DNA of 62,741 nucleotides, the filler included, from Choristocarpus tenellus KU-1152 (taxonomy: Eukaryota > Protista > Phaeophyceae), in the NCBI GenBank assembly GCA_964200185.2. It is 10 parts of 10 records of this genome, joined end to end, with 100 filler letters (N's around TTAATTAATTAA, not from the genome) between each part and the next. Parts side by side here need not be neighbours in the genome. Positions count along the whole stretch, not along the records: positions 36,721 to 42,109 come from CAXNAD020010946.1; positions 42,210 to 45,846 come from CAXNAD020018813.1; positions 45,947 to 49,840 come from CAXNAD020017303.1; positions 49,941 to 52,796 come from CAXNAD020024168.1; positions 52,897 to 58,747 come from CAXNAD020009596.1; 5 more parts are not named here. One strand, written 5' to 3'. Made by a program: the position numbers and the translations under genes. The first letter of the stretch is position 1. Each line of letters starts with the position of its first letter. This document shows, piece by piece, positions 40,303 through 54,060 of this stretch. Under the pieces are notes generated by a model, which was not told the DNA's origin, searched no databases, and saw only the letters and a list, made by a program, of their open reading frames with translations.

Positions 40303-41407
40303 TCTAACCCCTTGCAGGTCAAGAGGGATGCATGAGTGCAAACAGAGCGGCAAACAGTGCCAAACTGCTAACACAGTGATTGTATTTAAAAAGCTCTATT
40401 TGCTGTCTCACCCTCAATTGTTTGACTGTGACCTGTGCGATCCCTTTCATTTAATATACTTAGTTCATCGTTTAGGGATAACTGCCTTTGCTTGGACACA
40501 GTGCAACCCAATGGGAGGGCAAGTATCTCTCTGAGACGTTCGGTTATTTTGCTCTCAGTACCCAGTACCACAACGACTACTAACAAGATGGGGAGCTGCA
40601 GGCTTCTCGCATGCACAGAGTTGTGCGCAATACTAGGAGGAGAGGGGTAGGGGTAGATTGTGCCTGGGTATATGGGCCGGTGGGTTATATAGGCACAGGG
40701 GTCTGAGTCTGCCTGTGCAGACGGAGATGAACTAGTTAAACTGTTCTGTTTGTGCGGAACTTCGACCTTCAAAGTGGCCAACAGAGGGTTGAAAAAATAG
40801 TCGTGAAGCAGAGTGGAGCTTAAGTAATCGTGTAATGAGCACCCTTTTGGGGATGAGATGGAGTGTCGTCCCGTTTTTTATGCATGCTCTATATATTCGT
40901 GACCATATGGACGTCCCCCAAAATTTGCCGCAACTGGCTGGATATGTACGTAGATGTGGTTGTTATCATATCCCAAACCGCCCAGCAGTAAAATGCGTAA
41001 TCTCTTTTCCAGAATGTTTCCCACGCACATACATCATTTATGAGTATTTGCCTTCGCTTCCACCCTGATGCCATATAACGAGAAGGCAAGTATCCATCAA
41101 CGGATATTCTACTTGGTTTCCAATTTGTGCACTTTGTGACCAATAAATGTTCGTTAGCAGTCTGGTAAAGTTGGTCTCTCTCTTGGCACTATTCCAATAT
41201 TCCCAAATGTGAAATTATCGACAAATCATCCTCACAAAAAATGTTTTTCAAACCTATCAATTTTTGTTAGTTCAAAATGACAGCATGAGAGTAAGTCGAG
41301 ATATATGTGGGTGTACGGGGGCAAATAATTCCCTTCATCATACCTTCTGATGCATGGAAAGTGCATTGATGGTGAGTCCTGCTGGACCCAGACTCTAATC
41401 TACACAA

Positions 41408-41620
41408 CTAGAAGAACCGAGGTGGGAGTGCGATCTGCTCTCCAATTTCTTGGTGTTGTGTTCGTATCTGTTCCTCAGAGGAATATGTGGTGGAGACGCT
41501 CTTCTTTTCTCTTCTAGGTTCTCCTTCTTTGCTGACATCCTTCATGTTGGTGTGCATGGTCTCTGCACTCAGGCTTTGTCTATTACAGCAGTATTCCACC
41601 TCTCTACAAAATGTTCTGAC
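41408..41620 (-). CDS. Possible terminal exon of an unidentified gene
   Basis: Acceptor tgcatgcag| then 70 open codons to TAG; no homology recognised. Confidence 0.25.
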   Translation of the reverse strand, partial: VRTFCREVEYCCNRQSLSAETMHTNMKDVSKEGEPRREKKSVSTTYSSEEQIRTQHQEIGEQIALPPRFF

Positions 41621-42902
41621 CTGCATGCACACGCAAAGAAAGCCGTGCATTGTTAGGAAGGGAGGCTGTGGCAGGGAAGGAAAGAATGGGGAACCTCCAC
41701 CAATTTTAGTGGTCGCTGTGCTCTAACAGGTCCAGGAGAAAAAGAACAAGTGGAGGTGTGCTGAGTGTCAGTTAACGCCACGAGCAGCCACGGTATTAAT
41801 ATAAGCATGAAGAAGAGGAAAGAAAAGTACAGGTGGGCTGTGTAGACTTTGATCCAAACAGCTACAGAGAGAGGTAGGCAGGTTTGGACCTTTTATCATT
41901 TTAAGATATCTTGTTTACCTTGTGTAATGCACTCTGATTTCATTGCTATACGTGCACAATAGTGTACGCAAAGTTGATGTTCTCCCTTTCCACACACAAG
42001 GCGACACCATAAAGAAGCAAATGCCTTTTCTGTCCTTGTATAAAATCGCGTCCTATTGCCCTTTCTCGGGATCCATAAACTGGAACAGGGTCGAAGTATC
42101 TTGGGGGGGNNNNNNNNNNNNNNNNNNNNNNNNNNNNNNNNNNNNNNNNNNNNTTAATTAATTAANNNNNNNNNNNNNNNNNNNNNNNNNNNNNNNNNNN
42201 NNNNNNNNNCCCCCCCCCCTCCCAGATACTTTGGGTTCAACTTAGACAAAAAATTATGTTGAAGGTGATACAGCGATTGAACAATGTTCAATTTTTTTTC
42301 CTGATTCAGAATGGAGTGGGGTCTATTGCCTGACAGACAGACTTGTGTGTATTCAATATGCAACTGATATTTCATCACACCAGTCAGTACACATTTATAT
42401 ATGCCCGGAGGTGAAAAACGCCTACTAATACCTGGCTTGCTTTTACTACTCTAAAATGAAGATTTTAAAATTGAGAAGCGCAAATGAAGATCTTGGAAAC
42501 AGTACACTATTAATACTATTAATATGGGAAAATGATAGTGAGAAGTGTGTTGCAATTGGTTACTAAGGTTGACTCTAGTTGGAACGGTTCGAGCATTTCT
42601 TTGAGGTGCTGGAGATTATAAAAGGTTGTATGTGCACATCACAAACAGGTTGTGTGAACCATTAGCGTGTTCATGAGATATTTTCGGCTCTATAGAAGTC
42701 AAGATGTGTGCTATCAACCGGCAGGTCCTTCAGGTGAAGCGATGCCATCAAAAACCTTGAACTATCAACATACTTGCAGGTTGTTGTTTTTTATTGAACT
42801 TAAGAGAGGACACCCCCCCTGCCCTCCCCACTGCACCAAGGATCATGTTTGCAGTATCTCAGAAAGTATGTTTAACTCCTCCCCCTCCAACCCCAACCAC
42901 AG

Positions 42903-45627
42903 GAGACGAAGTCTTTTATAGGAGCCACAGGCAAAGGGGGTATCACCAAGGCCAAAAACGCTCAGGGAGACTTACAGCCAGGGGGGATTCTCAAGGGTGG
43001 GGGAGGAATGGGGGGGGGAAATCCACACGATGTGGGCAGGAGTCCAAGGAAGCAGTCAGAAGACAACACCCCAGAGGAGGAAGAAGAGGAGGAGGAAGAT
43101 GAAGATGACTCTGAGAGCGACGGAAATGAGGAAGGGGAGGGAGGGGAGGGGGCAGGGGATGGGGACAAGGTGAGGTCTAAACATCACAGCAGACGAAAAG
43201 AGACCCTGGTCGTGATGACGCTGAGAATAAGAGATTAGAGTGGGAGTTGACTGGAAAGATGTGGTTTTGACGGAGGACAAGAAGTCGTTTTTTGTTCTAC
43301 AGGGAACAGCAGAAGTATTAGAGTGTCTGAGCAAGAGATTTTCCAACCTTGTGCTGTTTACTCCACACCCATTGCCCGAAACATAGTTGACCTCCTCTAC
43401 AGTAGTATTTATTACTGTACCTTTCTGTGTTTGTTTATCTACAGTAGTATTTATTACTGTACCTTTCGTGTTTGTTTATCTACAGTAGTATTTATTACTG
43501 TACCTTTCTGTGTTTGTTTATCTACAGTAGTATTTATTACTGTACCTTTCTGTGTTCGTTTATCTACAGTAGTATCTATTAGAAGGTTGTGACTCTCTAG
43601 AAGAGGATGTTGGCTGTGGAGACATTGCTAGCTGGAAAGCGCCATCTACAGTGCTTAAAAAACGCACATACCGAGTGTGAGCCAGTCATGAGGACCCTCG
43701 AAACATAACAACACCCCCCTCTTAGATGGTAACACTCTTCGGAGGTCAACCTCTTTCGTGGACAAGAGATCTAATTTCGGAATCTTGCATGAAGTCGTGC
43801 AACCTTGTGTGCCATGGTGCATAGTCAAGCGCAGTGATGTGGCTCTGATTTCAATCAAAAATTCGACTTGTTCCAGACCCACCTGAGATTGGAACGCTAT
43901 GAAGGAGAGTGGTGTCAACACGTTGTGAAAACTTACGCATGCCCTATTTTGGGAGATGTACCCTATTTGGGGAATGTGCCCCCGTTCTTCGGTGAGGTTT
44001 TGTCACACTTGTGTTGATCACTGCACACGGCTTAACCTGACTTAAACCTCACCTCCTTTCCTGATCAAGGTTCCGTGCTGGGACAAACGTGGTAGTTGTA
44101 CTGTACTTGGTTGTACCCATGGGGGCACAGAACGGTCCTGACGATGCTCCAAAGTTAAGGATAGTGTTTCATCTTGGTCCTTAGTCCTTTGCACTGCCCT
44201 CTGTGTAGAGCAACAAACAGCGCAAGGTTGTGGTAGGAGCTCTTGTTCTTGTTGCTGCAGAAAAGTAATTCTTCGAGTTGGTCTTTGTGCTAGGGTTAGG
44301 GTTAGGGTCAGGGGGAGGGTTTGGAAATTGGGAGCATGTTACCGCTTTGGTGCTGCTACAAGGGTTGAAAAAACAAAACAAAACAAAAATTCAGAGGTGA
44401 ACCATACTACTCGATCGTGTAGCGTGGCAATTAAGTTGAATTGTTTATTTCTCTCTCAAACGTAGTAGAAGATGGATTTGTGCGCTCTCTAAGTGAAAGT
44501 ATCTTAGGGTTGAGGTACAAGTTTTGCCCTGTTCATCCGCTTGGGACTTGACCTCCCAAGAGCTTTTCATTACATTTTCCTACTCCGAAATGTTTCTGAG
44601 TAGGTCAAATGTGTACGTTTATGAAAAGGGGTGTCTGGAACAAGGATATTGACACTGCCTAACAAACACCAGCCAAAATGACATCAAAATCGGAACATTG
44701 AATTTTTTGCCCACAAACGGACGCGACTCTACCCTCTAAGAAAATTTGAATCTCCACAGTCTTGAATGCCAAGAGAGGGCTGGGTCAAAATATCCCTTAA
44801 AAGGAAGATGGGTGGTTCTCAATTGCAAAGGCAAGTCAAGTACAAGCAAAAGGCAAGACATACATTCACACACACACACAAACACACACACACACACACA
44901 CGCACACACATGTACAAAGACATACGATGAGTCCCACTCAAGGAAGTGTTCAGACACCTTGCAAATACATATACACAGACTCAAGCACACCCACGTACAA
45001 AGCACAATATAAACCGATCCCCCCCCCCCTTTCTTAAGCAACATCCATGGATACACATTGGAACACCCCCCCAAAAAAGAGCATGAATCGATAGCACAGT
45101 TGGAAAATATACCTACATCCTCGACATACAAAGCATGGCTGGAAGTTGTTAAAAAAAAAATTTAACACTTTCACACCCACACCAAGAAGCTCTCCAGTCA
45201 TGATAAGAAAAATGCGTTTAACATGTGCAGGTATACCTCATTTTGTAGTCTCCAACCAATCAATTTTCATTTTAACCTTAATTTCGACTATTCACTACCT
45301 GCTTACATAGAGCCGTTCCTCTTTAGTACTGAGGACCAGTGTCAACAGAGAGGACTCCCGTCCCCCCCTCCCCTCACCGTCACCGCGTTGTGAATCTTGC
45401 GACTGCATTGGTCTGTCAAGGCTGCCGAGGAGGAGGACCATGGGAGAGGGAGAGCAGAGGAAAGTGGAGGGGAGAGGGGAGGGGAACCAGGAAGCGAAGG
45501 CACCGTCCAAAATCTCCCTAATCAGTCCATGACAGGGAGACTTGCTGACCGCATCCATGTGCTTAGGGAGAGGTGCAAGCAGGGACTCGGGAGCGAGACA
45601 TTTGACCAGGCGTACAACTTTCTCAAG
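42903..45627 (+). CDS. Probable C-terminal exons of a NIMA-related (NEK) kinase; exons 42903-43169 (acidic) and 45421-45627; intermediate exons possible
   Basis: Phase-0 AG/GT-bounded open exons; GRLADRIHVLRERCKQGLGSETFDQAYNFLK resembles the NEK1-type C-terminal helical motif; no kinase domain in the window. Confidence 0.55.
43396..43580. repeat. Minisatellite, 42-bp unit x ~4.4, each with a 22-nt near-palindrome
   Basis: Unit tctacagtagtatttattactgtacctttctgtgtttgttta. Confidence 0.95.
44491..44752 (+). mobile_element. MITE family B copy
   Basis: Colinear with 6185-6443; flanks tct/tcc. Confidence 0.88.
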
Positions 45628-45946
45628 GTTACCTGTGATGGGAGTGGCTCAGGGAATGGATGGGGTGGCATAGAGGAAGTAGATGAGTGTGTCGTGGGGA
45701 TCTGATTAGTTGTTGTTTTTGTAGTTCAAGAGTTAAAGAGTCAGTGGTGACTTGAGCTCTTACTGCTGTTTTATCCACCTGCCTGACTCGAGCTCTTATT
45801 ATTGTCCCTCCCCCCCCCCTCCCCCCCCCCCCCCCCCCCCCCCTTTNNNNNNNNNNNNNNNNNNNNNNNNNNNNNNNNNNNNNNNNNNNNTTAATTAATT
45901 AANNNNNNNNNNNNNNNNNNNNNNNNNNNNNNNNNNNNNNNNNNNN

Positions 45947-48186
45947 CCCCTTCCACCTCTCCCACCTCATTTGCCCCGCTCCTTTCTCCCTCCCTCCCCC
46001 CCTCCTGCCCCTGCTTCCCTCCCCCTGAACCCACCAATCCCTGTCCCGATTCCCCAACCCAAACAGCTGCCACCTCACGAGCAGCAGTACCGTCTGCTGT
46101 AGAGGCCAGTTCTGCCACAGGAGCCATCATCTGTTCCCCTCCATCCAAGGTGTCAAACTTGTGCTGATAATCAACCGAAGATCCAATAGCAGCAACATCA
46201 AAAGCCTCACCACACTCACCTTCCACAGTGCCACCGCCCTTCCCCCTCCCCCCCAGTTCCCTATCCCTCTTCCCCCCCCCCCAAACCCCACCCTTATCTC
46301 CGCTCATATCTCTCCCACTAGAAGTCTTCTCCTGTGCTGCCCTTTCCCCCCTCCGTGTTGTGCTCCCTCGAGTATCTTTTGTGCTTGCTTTGCTTGCTTT
46401 GCTTGCACCAGAATCAATTTGTTCAGACAACAAGTCTCTCTTGCCAACCTTCTCCGTGGGGGAGGCGCTGTTGACGAGGTCGTGGACTGAGATGTTGTTG
46501 AGACTCTGGAGGAGATCTGCGGTCTGTGAATAAAGAGAGTTCATTTAAAAGCGAGGGAGGGGTTTATCTCATCTTGCTACTCAAAGAGGGCAGTACTCCA
46601 TGGGTGGGGTGCAACTTGATTGCATTCCTTACTATCAGTAGAAGGACTGCAAGAGAGGAACAGTCATTAACAGGTTTGAGTGTATGTGTGCATGTGTGTG
46701 TACATGATACTTCTGTCAAAACACCATACAGTCATGGCTATCGACAATGAAGATGTGCGCAAGAAATAAAGCAGGGAAAGAAACGAACTTGGAAGGGAGG
46801 GGAAGGGGGGGACAGCTACTTTCTGCACCAAAGTCTCTGCTGAAAAACGTCGAGGGACCAACCTTGGTCGGCAATCAGGACATGGTGGATTCGAAAATAA
46901 TCTGAGTCCTTGAACGGTAAGAGTTGTGTGCACCCTGTCCAAATGGGATGTATTGTCAGTAAAACAGAATCAATATGCTTTGAAGAAAGACAATACAGGT
47001 GGCGTGGAGGCAAGCGCACTTTTTCATTACTATGACTCTACCTGTACTTGCCAACAACAGAGCACATGGCATGCCGCAAAAAACTGAGTTGCGCAGTGGC
47101 TTGAAAAAGCATGTCTACTGCCCATCACAAAATTTCATTCCATATATCACACAGAAATGACATCCGCCTTGGGAAGTGGTGTGTGTTGGCAGGGGTTTGA
47201 TTAAGGTGGGAAAAAGCACACAAATACAGAATCGAGCCTGCTAGTAGAGAGGGATGATCTTGCTTGCTTATCCTGGCCAAGTGGATACACAATCAAGATT
47301 ACTATATTGTCCCAGTGGAGGAGTCAAAAGGTCCACAACATGTTCTCCACGTGTGGAAACAGAAGATCGTCACTACAAACGACATCAAGTCATCCAACCA
47401 TGTCCAGCACAAGCAAAGACACAATAGCCCTCCCACGGTCCACTGTGCACCTTGTAAGTGAGGCTCAACTCCTCCTCTTCCATGCCATCATCGTCGACAA
47501 GGGGATGCTCGTCCTCGTCCTTGTTGTCGAAGAGCCCTTTCAGGGGCGGATCGAAGAGAAAGCAGGGCGGGTAAGGTCCTGGAAGGGAGGTGTAAGAAAT
47601 CGTCCATTACATGGTCCACTTGTCAGCAAAAGGAATGCTTCGAGTGTGCTGTGGTTAGACTCACCAGACGTCTCCAGCATCTTTGAGCTTGTCTGCATCA
47701 CATTCAACGCAGTTAAGTGAACTGCTCGCAAGGCAGCCGGAAAGCTCTCATTCCGCTCAATCTCTACCTCCTCCCATTGAGCACCAGGATCCACTCCCAG
47801 GGGGGTTTCTTCGGCGAAGGACTGTTGAGGAAGGACGCTATTCCCTTTTCCCTCGTAAGTGTCTTCATCAAGCCACCCGTCTGCTGCTTCTGAGAAGTCA
47901 CCCCCAAGAAGGGTCGGACTAGCCTCAGCGGCATCGATGAGGGCATCGAAATCAATTCCCGAAGATTCTTCTCTCCCCTGTAGGGATTCTAGCTCAACGG
48001 GGGTCCACGCTTCTGGGTTAGGGATTGCCACAGGAAAACCTCGGTTTCCTTCTTTGACAGAAGGTTCTACGGTATTGACTGGAGATGTGTCCGATTCAGA
48101 ATGGTCGATTTCCTTGCCAAAGGAATCAACCTCATTCGTCTCCATTGGTGTGCACTCACGGGATGGCTTTGCCGTCAAAGGCACTC
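45947..48186 (-). CDS. Internal exons of an unidentified, largely acidic/disordered protein; exons 48186-47665, 47578-~47451, ?-47042, 46934-46820, 46523 to contig end
   Basis: Long open frames (214 and 217 aa in the ORF track) with GT-AG junctions in compatible phase; one junction (47451-47170) unresolved. Confidence 0.6.
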
Positions 48187-49149
48187 CTTGTAGATAGGAG
48201 TTGAAACTTGAGGCATAACAATACCTGTTGTGATTTTGTTGAATTGATCAGGTGATTTGTGTTTGTGTAGTAAGGTCAACATCCCTCGAAAAAAATACAA
48301 AAAAAGGAGTTATATTGTAATGAATGATATTCCCTCCGATATCTCTATGATACTATTCGTAAAATCAAAGTATATTTTTAACCATCTCTATATGTAGTAT
48401 TACTATTATACTATCATTACTATACTATTATAATATTATGTCCTCTCACATTTTGCAGATGTGCAAAGAAAAAGACCCAACCAAAATCACAACGACCCCT
48501 ATAAAATAACAATAGTAGTAGTTCGGGGTATAACGTTATTCTGGGTTGGTTGAATTATAAACTGAGTGGAAGTCAGAAATCCTCCAGATGACAAGAAATG
48601 AGAAGATCTACCCCACCTTCGCTTAGTTCAAATGATGGATGGTTCCATTAAACTTTACATTATCCTTCCATTCTCGCATCCTCTTTCCTTAAAAACCAGG
48701 GGGGTTTTGTCGTGACGTATTTTTTGAGGTGTTGAGGATACATATATTACATGTATTATTATGATCTTCTAACATTTTGTAGATGGATGTGTAAGGGGGA
48801 AACCAAAGATCATAAAAAGTACTACGTATGACAAATACCACTACCGTATATATATAACTTGTTGTCAACGCCAAAAAAAGAAAAAAAAAACTCCCTATTA
48901 TGTGTACTTTTTGAAAACAATGCAACCATGTCCAATTAATTGAAGATTGCTCACTACTAAGTAAGTAAAGTGTACACTACTACTGTAGTAGTCCTATCCT
49001 GGCTCTACGAACGTGGGTGAAGACATAGGTAGGGAAGTGTCCCCAAGAACCTGTCAGGCCCCTTCTTACCCTCCTGCCCTGTGTCTCTACCTTGAAACGC
49101 ATGACATGTCTCAAGATGATCACTTGTTGGACAGTGATAATCGCTATCT

Positions 49150-49760
49150 GTCTCAAATGAGACTATACAACCCCTTCCCTGCATTCAACTTCCTTCTCAA
49201 GGGTCCCCCAGTATTCAGCCAGTAACCTGCGAATACATACTTTCCTCTCCTTTATCAGAGGTGGGGTCTTGATTCGACCCCTTCTCCACACACAACCCAA
49301 GCGCTTCAGGATGGTACCTACATCCTTCAAAGAGACTTCCACCCCAAACCTTGTCTGTAATCAAGTCGCCAAATCCCTCAGGAGGATCATACTTAACAAG
49401 TGCTGTGAAAATAGATTAAGAGATTAATCTCATCGAGCTGTGGTTCAAGGAGCTTGCACCACTTATCGTAGTCCAGTTGAACAATCGTCCTCCCAGAGCC
49501 CTAAAGGTGTAAAATATCTTCCCCTTCTTGTTCCAAGTTGTCACGATGCGGAAGGCCTTATCGTATCCCACGCTTGCTGTGAGGTGGACAGCCTCCACCA
49601 CCTCAGTTGTTCCACCATATGGTTGTAGATAGCGAATTGGTACTACAGGACCAGTCAGTCCATATGCCTGCCCCTCGGAAAGCACCCCTCCACTGACCAA
49701 CTTGAGCTTCTCCATTTACTCCTTGACATCAGGTTCCCTAACCTCCTTGAGCATTGTATC
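49150..49760 (-). mobile_element. Degenerate IS630/Tc1-like transposase fragment (HTH region)
   Basis: SLKDVGTILKRLGCVWRRGRIKTPPLIKERKVCIRRLLAEY read after a frameshift; several stops. Confidence 0.5.
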
Positions 49761-51143
49761 TGGCGGCATTCAATGGGTCAAAGTATCTTGGGGGGGGGTG
49801 GTTTGTGAGAGGGCGTCCGTTTCGGCCAACCAACCCTTTTNNNNNNNNNNNNNNNNNNNNNNNNNNNNNNNNNNNNNNNNNNNNTTAATTAATTAANNNN
49901 NNNNNNNNNNNNNNNNNNNNNNNNNNNNNNNNNNNNNNNNGTACGCAACCAAATCACCCAAAAATCGCGACATGAAACAATTGACCCAACCGCCACCCCC
50001 CCTCAGATACTATCAGCCTACACCACATATTATATTATTGTGCCCTTTGACATTTTGCAGATGTGTCAGGGGGAAACCAATGAATGAAAACTTTTCACAT
50101 GTCAGTATAAACCCTAAAGTTAAACTTTTCTCAAATGTGAGAAACGCTAATCTATCAGATATTTCACTACTACTATCTATGTTGTACCACTGCCTTCCTG
50201 TGCCTCCAATCTACCTATTCCTACATCACACATCATGGATGAAGAAGTCGCTACCTATCAACCAATTAAACGGAGAATAAAGAAGCAGGATAATAAGAGG
50301 AAGAGTAGCGGCTTGTTCTGGGTGGGTATTAAATGTGTTCTAACCCAGAAATAAATGTTACAGTATAGATCGTAACACATATAGACCTCCTTGAACACAA
50401 GAAGTTGGATAACTGACTATTGTTATTGTTGTGTTGCTGCAGGTGTATGTCATAATGTATTGCCTTAACTGGAGGAGAAGGAAAAAACGTAGAAACACTA
50501 GTAGAGTGTGTGGCTGCATTTTAAAAGTGAAGGTTTGCAGTAGTGTCCACGCTAGAGCATACACAAAAAGAAGGATGAGTTATTACAAGATCCACCGCAA
50601 TAGCTAACCACCATAATTCTCTTCATGAACATAGCGGAATGTCTTGCATGTCTACATCTAAATTATACTTTATATCTGCTATAAGATGAGAGAGAGAGAC
50701 TACGACAGAAGAAGAAGATAAGTTGGATCCTACTTCGTCATGTCTTGTATTGTAATGTGTACCACCCCATCCATCATCATGAATGCACATTAATGGTGAA
50801 AAACATGGTGAGTCGTTAACGCAACCAACCGAATTTTCTGCTTACCCAAAACGTATATGCGACAAATAACCCACTAGGCTGTCCTCTTTACCCAGTATCT
50901 GCACCACAACTGGTTGTTGTTCTGGCCATCTCCTGGGTATCGTAACGTCCCTTGGTGATTGAAGAGGTATGCCCCCCTACCAGGGAAAACCTCATCCCTT
51001 CACTCAAGCATCAACGGCCCTCCCACCCCCACCAGTGACCATCATAGTAGGTAGCACACAACTCAAGTAGCATATTCTTGCCTCAAAGCACGAACCATTA
51101 TACCATGGGCGCAATCTTCAATACTAATCTACAATGTGGACAA

Positions 51144-51322
51144 GGCTCAAAGTATCTAGGGGGGGGTGGCGGCGGTCCATTTGGGGTCAATTTTTTCATG
51201 TCGCGATTTTTGGGTGATTTGGCTGCATACTTCGGATGGATAATGTAAATATAATTTTCCTGATTTGGGGTCAAATGGACACCCTGGTGTAGACCCGTTC
51301 CCCCCCCCAGATACTTTTACCC
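51144..51322 (+). mobile_element. MITE family A, full length (~180 bp)
   Basis: ggctcaaagtatctaggggggg...ccccccagatacttttaccc; colinear with 62560-62741; partial copies at 36592, 42088, 42210, 49775, 49941, 52686, 58848 and 61597. Confidence 0.92.
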
Positions 51323-52334
51323 ACAAACAGCAACTATAAGCAGGTCACAACAAAGCCAAGAAGATGACAGCGGACAAGGCCTGTCTGATTACCAGACGGT
51401 TAGTTGTTGCTCATGCAATGTCTCCTATTATTGCTGCTGTTGCTGCCCCATCAAAGCAAATACTCCGATTGAAGTAGTAGAGTGGGGGATACTAGACAGC
51501 ATGACAAGGCAAATATCTAACGTCAGACCAACTATCCTTAATGGGTCACCCACTAGTCCTATAAGCTGCGGTTGCATTGCTTTGCTCAACCAACACATGA
51601 CTGAAACATGCTCACCCTTAGTCTATTCTTTGCAACGAACAAAGCCATACAAAAAACTTCAACAGGTTTCCATCCCTCCGGGAGCACGAGCACCAGGTAG
51701 TAAGCATTACCAACCTCCAAAGTAACACGTGGCTCAAGCCCATTCAAGGGTTAAGGTTAAGGCATGTGCACGTAAGAGCAGTAATCAACTACTAACGCAC
51801 ACAACCTTCCGATGGAAAGATAAGTTTGAACATCCTTCCAACACCCTATTCTCCGTTGTATTTTAACTTCCTCGCCACAGACAAAGCCATTTCTAGCAGA
51901 CCTGCTACACCTATGTTCTACAAACCATCCCACTCAGTGCGGTGAAACAGCGCCTTCCACACACTGAGAACACTGCCACCACTATAACCATACCGTCCTT
52001 TCCCAGAGTAGAACCGCCTTGCACACAGCTATCACAGAGCTGGCAAGGGGCTGAACCATCATCTGTTGCCATACCATTTACGTACACTCGAGAACCTGTT
52101 TAACACTCCTTCTCTACAAGTACCTATCACCAACAAAGCACCAACAACCTCAACAAAACATGAGTGTAAAAAATACGGCAGTGGGAGGAAGACAAATATC
52201 CAGCAAGAGCGAGTGAGGAGAGAGGGGGCTCAGAGGAACAACCACTTGATGGGGAACCGATTAATGAAGATTACTACGCCAGTCAGAGTAACTTGTTCCA
52301 GGAACGGGCATATGAGAATTAAAAGAAATTGAGT

Positions 52335-52436
52335 CTACTCCTTCTTGATGTCCTTCTTAAGCTGCTCCAGCTCAGAGTCGACAGCAGTTTGACTTTCTGA
52401 TGGCAATTCATAAATCTGCTCCTTAGGTCCAGGCAG
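52335..52436 (-). CDS. Possible terminal exon; C-terminus resembles PspA/VIPP1-type tails
   Basis: aag|LPGPKEQIYELPSESQTAVDSELEQLKKDIKKE*; short, so the family call is weak. Confidence 0.3.
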   Translation of the reverse strand: MPGPKEQIYELPSESQTAVDSELEQLKKDIKKE

Positions 52437-52699
52437 CTTTGGAACATGAGACAACATATCAACACCAGACAAAACGGGAAGGTTTTGCAGTGGAATCAAC
52501 GAATTTTTTTTTGCCAGCAACAGTGGGGCAGAGCAGGGGGCGGGGAGTGGTGGACAGACAATAAACATGTTGGTGGGATATCAGGAGTGAAGCGCTTTAG
52601 ACTGTTTGTTGTGTGGGTTACTATTACTCTATTACTATTTCTGTACTGGCACCTTGCGCTTGTAATGGTTCTTGCGGTCTCTTGGACCTCAAAGTATCT

Positions 52700-52732
<33 letters not shown>

Positions 52733-53689
52733 AAAGTCACATTTGATCTATCATTGTCAAAAATTAATTTTGGTGAGTAGATGGCTGGGAGGGTTGNNNN
52801 NNNNNNNNNNNNNNNNNNNNNNNNNNNNNNNNNNNNNNNNTTAATTAATTAANNNNNNNNNNNNNNNNNNNNNNNNNNNNNNNNNNNNNNNNNNNNCTTA
52901 GTTTGCTTGTTAAAAAGTTTAGAGGGAACAGTAACAGAATATATGTTTATAGATGCAACTCCTATGGCTGTCATAATTTACGAGAGAAAAGCTAACTCAA
53001 ACAGTACATACACTAAAGAAACGCAAAAATACAAAATCAGTGATCTCTATGTATTATTATTTCAATAGTGGTACAATAGCAATGAAAGTTCATGATAATC
53101 TTCAATCTTAAACTTCTCACCCCAACACTACTATTGCACTACATCCATTTAATTTAACACTGTACTTTCTCTTTCCAAAAATAAAAAGCGCAGTTTGGAA
53201 ATCAAACTCACATTAAATGAATTTTCAAACTGATTTCACCATTGTGAAGTGTACACTCTAAATGGTCAGTTCAAATGCCACATTCAAGTGACAATTTTTG
53301 ATTTGAAGGCAGAGGACCACTGAGAAGGGTGAAACCAGGACATCGATCTGAAATCTCTAGTCAGGGCCCTTTCAGCCACACGTTAGCCACATGCACTGCT
53401 CCAACTGAGATTATCAACAAAAGGAATCTGATACTGCTTTAAAAGTGGATGCCCAGCTGAGCCGCCATTGTGCATTGCATCATGCAGTTCTTCATTGGAA
53501 TCATTTTGTGGGCATCTCACACATTGGTCATCAGCATTGAGTGATTGATTGATACCTTACCACATAATTCATCCCCCTTCCACTACCTACCACTGTCGAG
53601 ATCCATAACACCAGCATCCTTTTGGGTCTTGCAGTCCTTCCATGTCTTAAGGTGGTCTGAATATAGCTGTCAAACGTCTCAGCAAATCG

Positions 53690-54060
53690 CTTGATGTTGA
53701 AGTGCATCAAGGAGCCTTTCTTGCTGCCTCAAACAGGTCTCCCACTGTCCATCCTCCATGACAAAATTAGTCTGGTTTTAGGGCATATTCAAATCCATCT
53801 TCTAAGCCGTTACTTACTGATGAGTGCAACATTCAACGGTGGAGGTTACCAACGTGGTGGGTCACCTAGACCTGAGGCCTCAAGTGCTTTCAACCATCTT
53901 GAAGACGTACATGTCGATGAGAAGTGGTTATTCATGTGCAAGGATGGTCAGAAGTGCTACTTCCATAATGACAACGAGCCTCCTGCCCACAAGGTCCAAC
54001 ACATACGTGGACCACAGTACCCGAAATCCCAAACTGAGGTCATATTTCCAAGAATCCAAA
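53690..54060 (+). mobile_element. Degenerate mariner transposase (plant/oomycete DD39D type)
   Basis: QTGLPLSILH (HTH) and FNHLEDVHVDEKWLFMCKDGQKCYFHNDNEPPAHKVQH match the VHIDEKWF...EEPP signature. Confidence 0.8.

Noticed and set aside
43396-43580. CRISPR-like palindromic repeats
   Set aside because: The intervening sequences are identical rather than unique spacers; no cas genes; eukaryotic context.
44290-44313. (TTAGGG)-like telomeric repeats
   Set aside because: Only ~4 imperfect units, internal to the contig.
47125-47127. In-frame TGA as selenocysteine or readthrough
   Set aside because: The exon boundary is unresolved, there is no redox motif or SECIS evidence, and a CGA-to-TGA mutation or a different acceptor is simpler.
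53326-53418. Second tRNA-like sequence on the minus strand
   Set aside because: A-box-like motif only; B box and stems are unconvincing.
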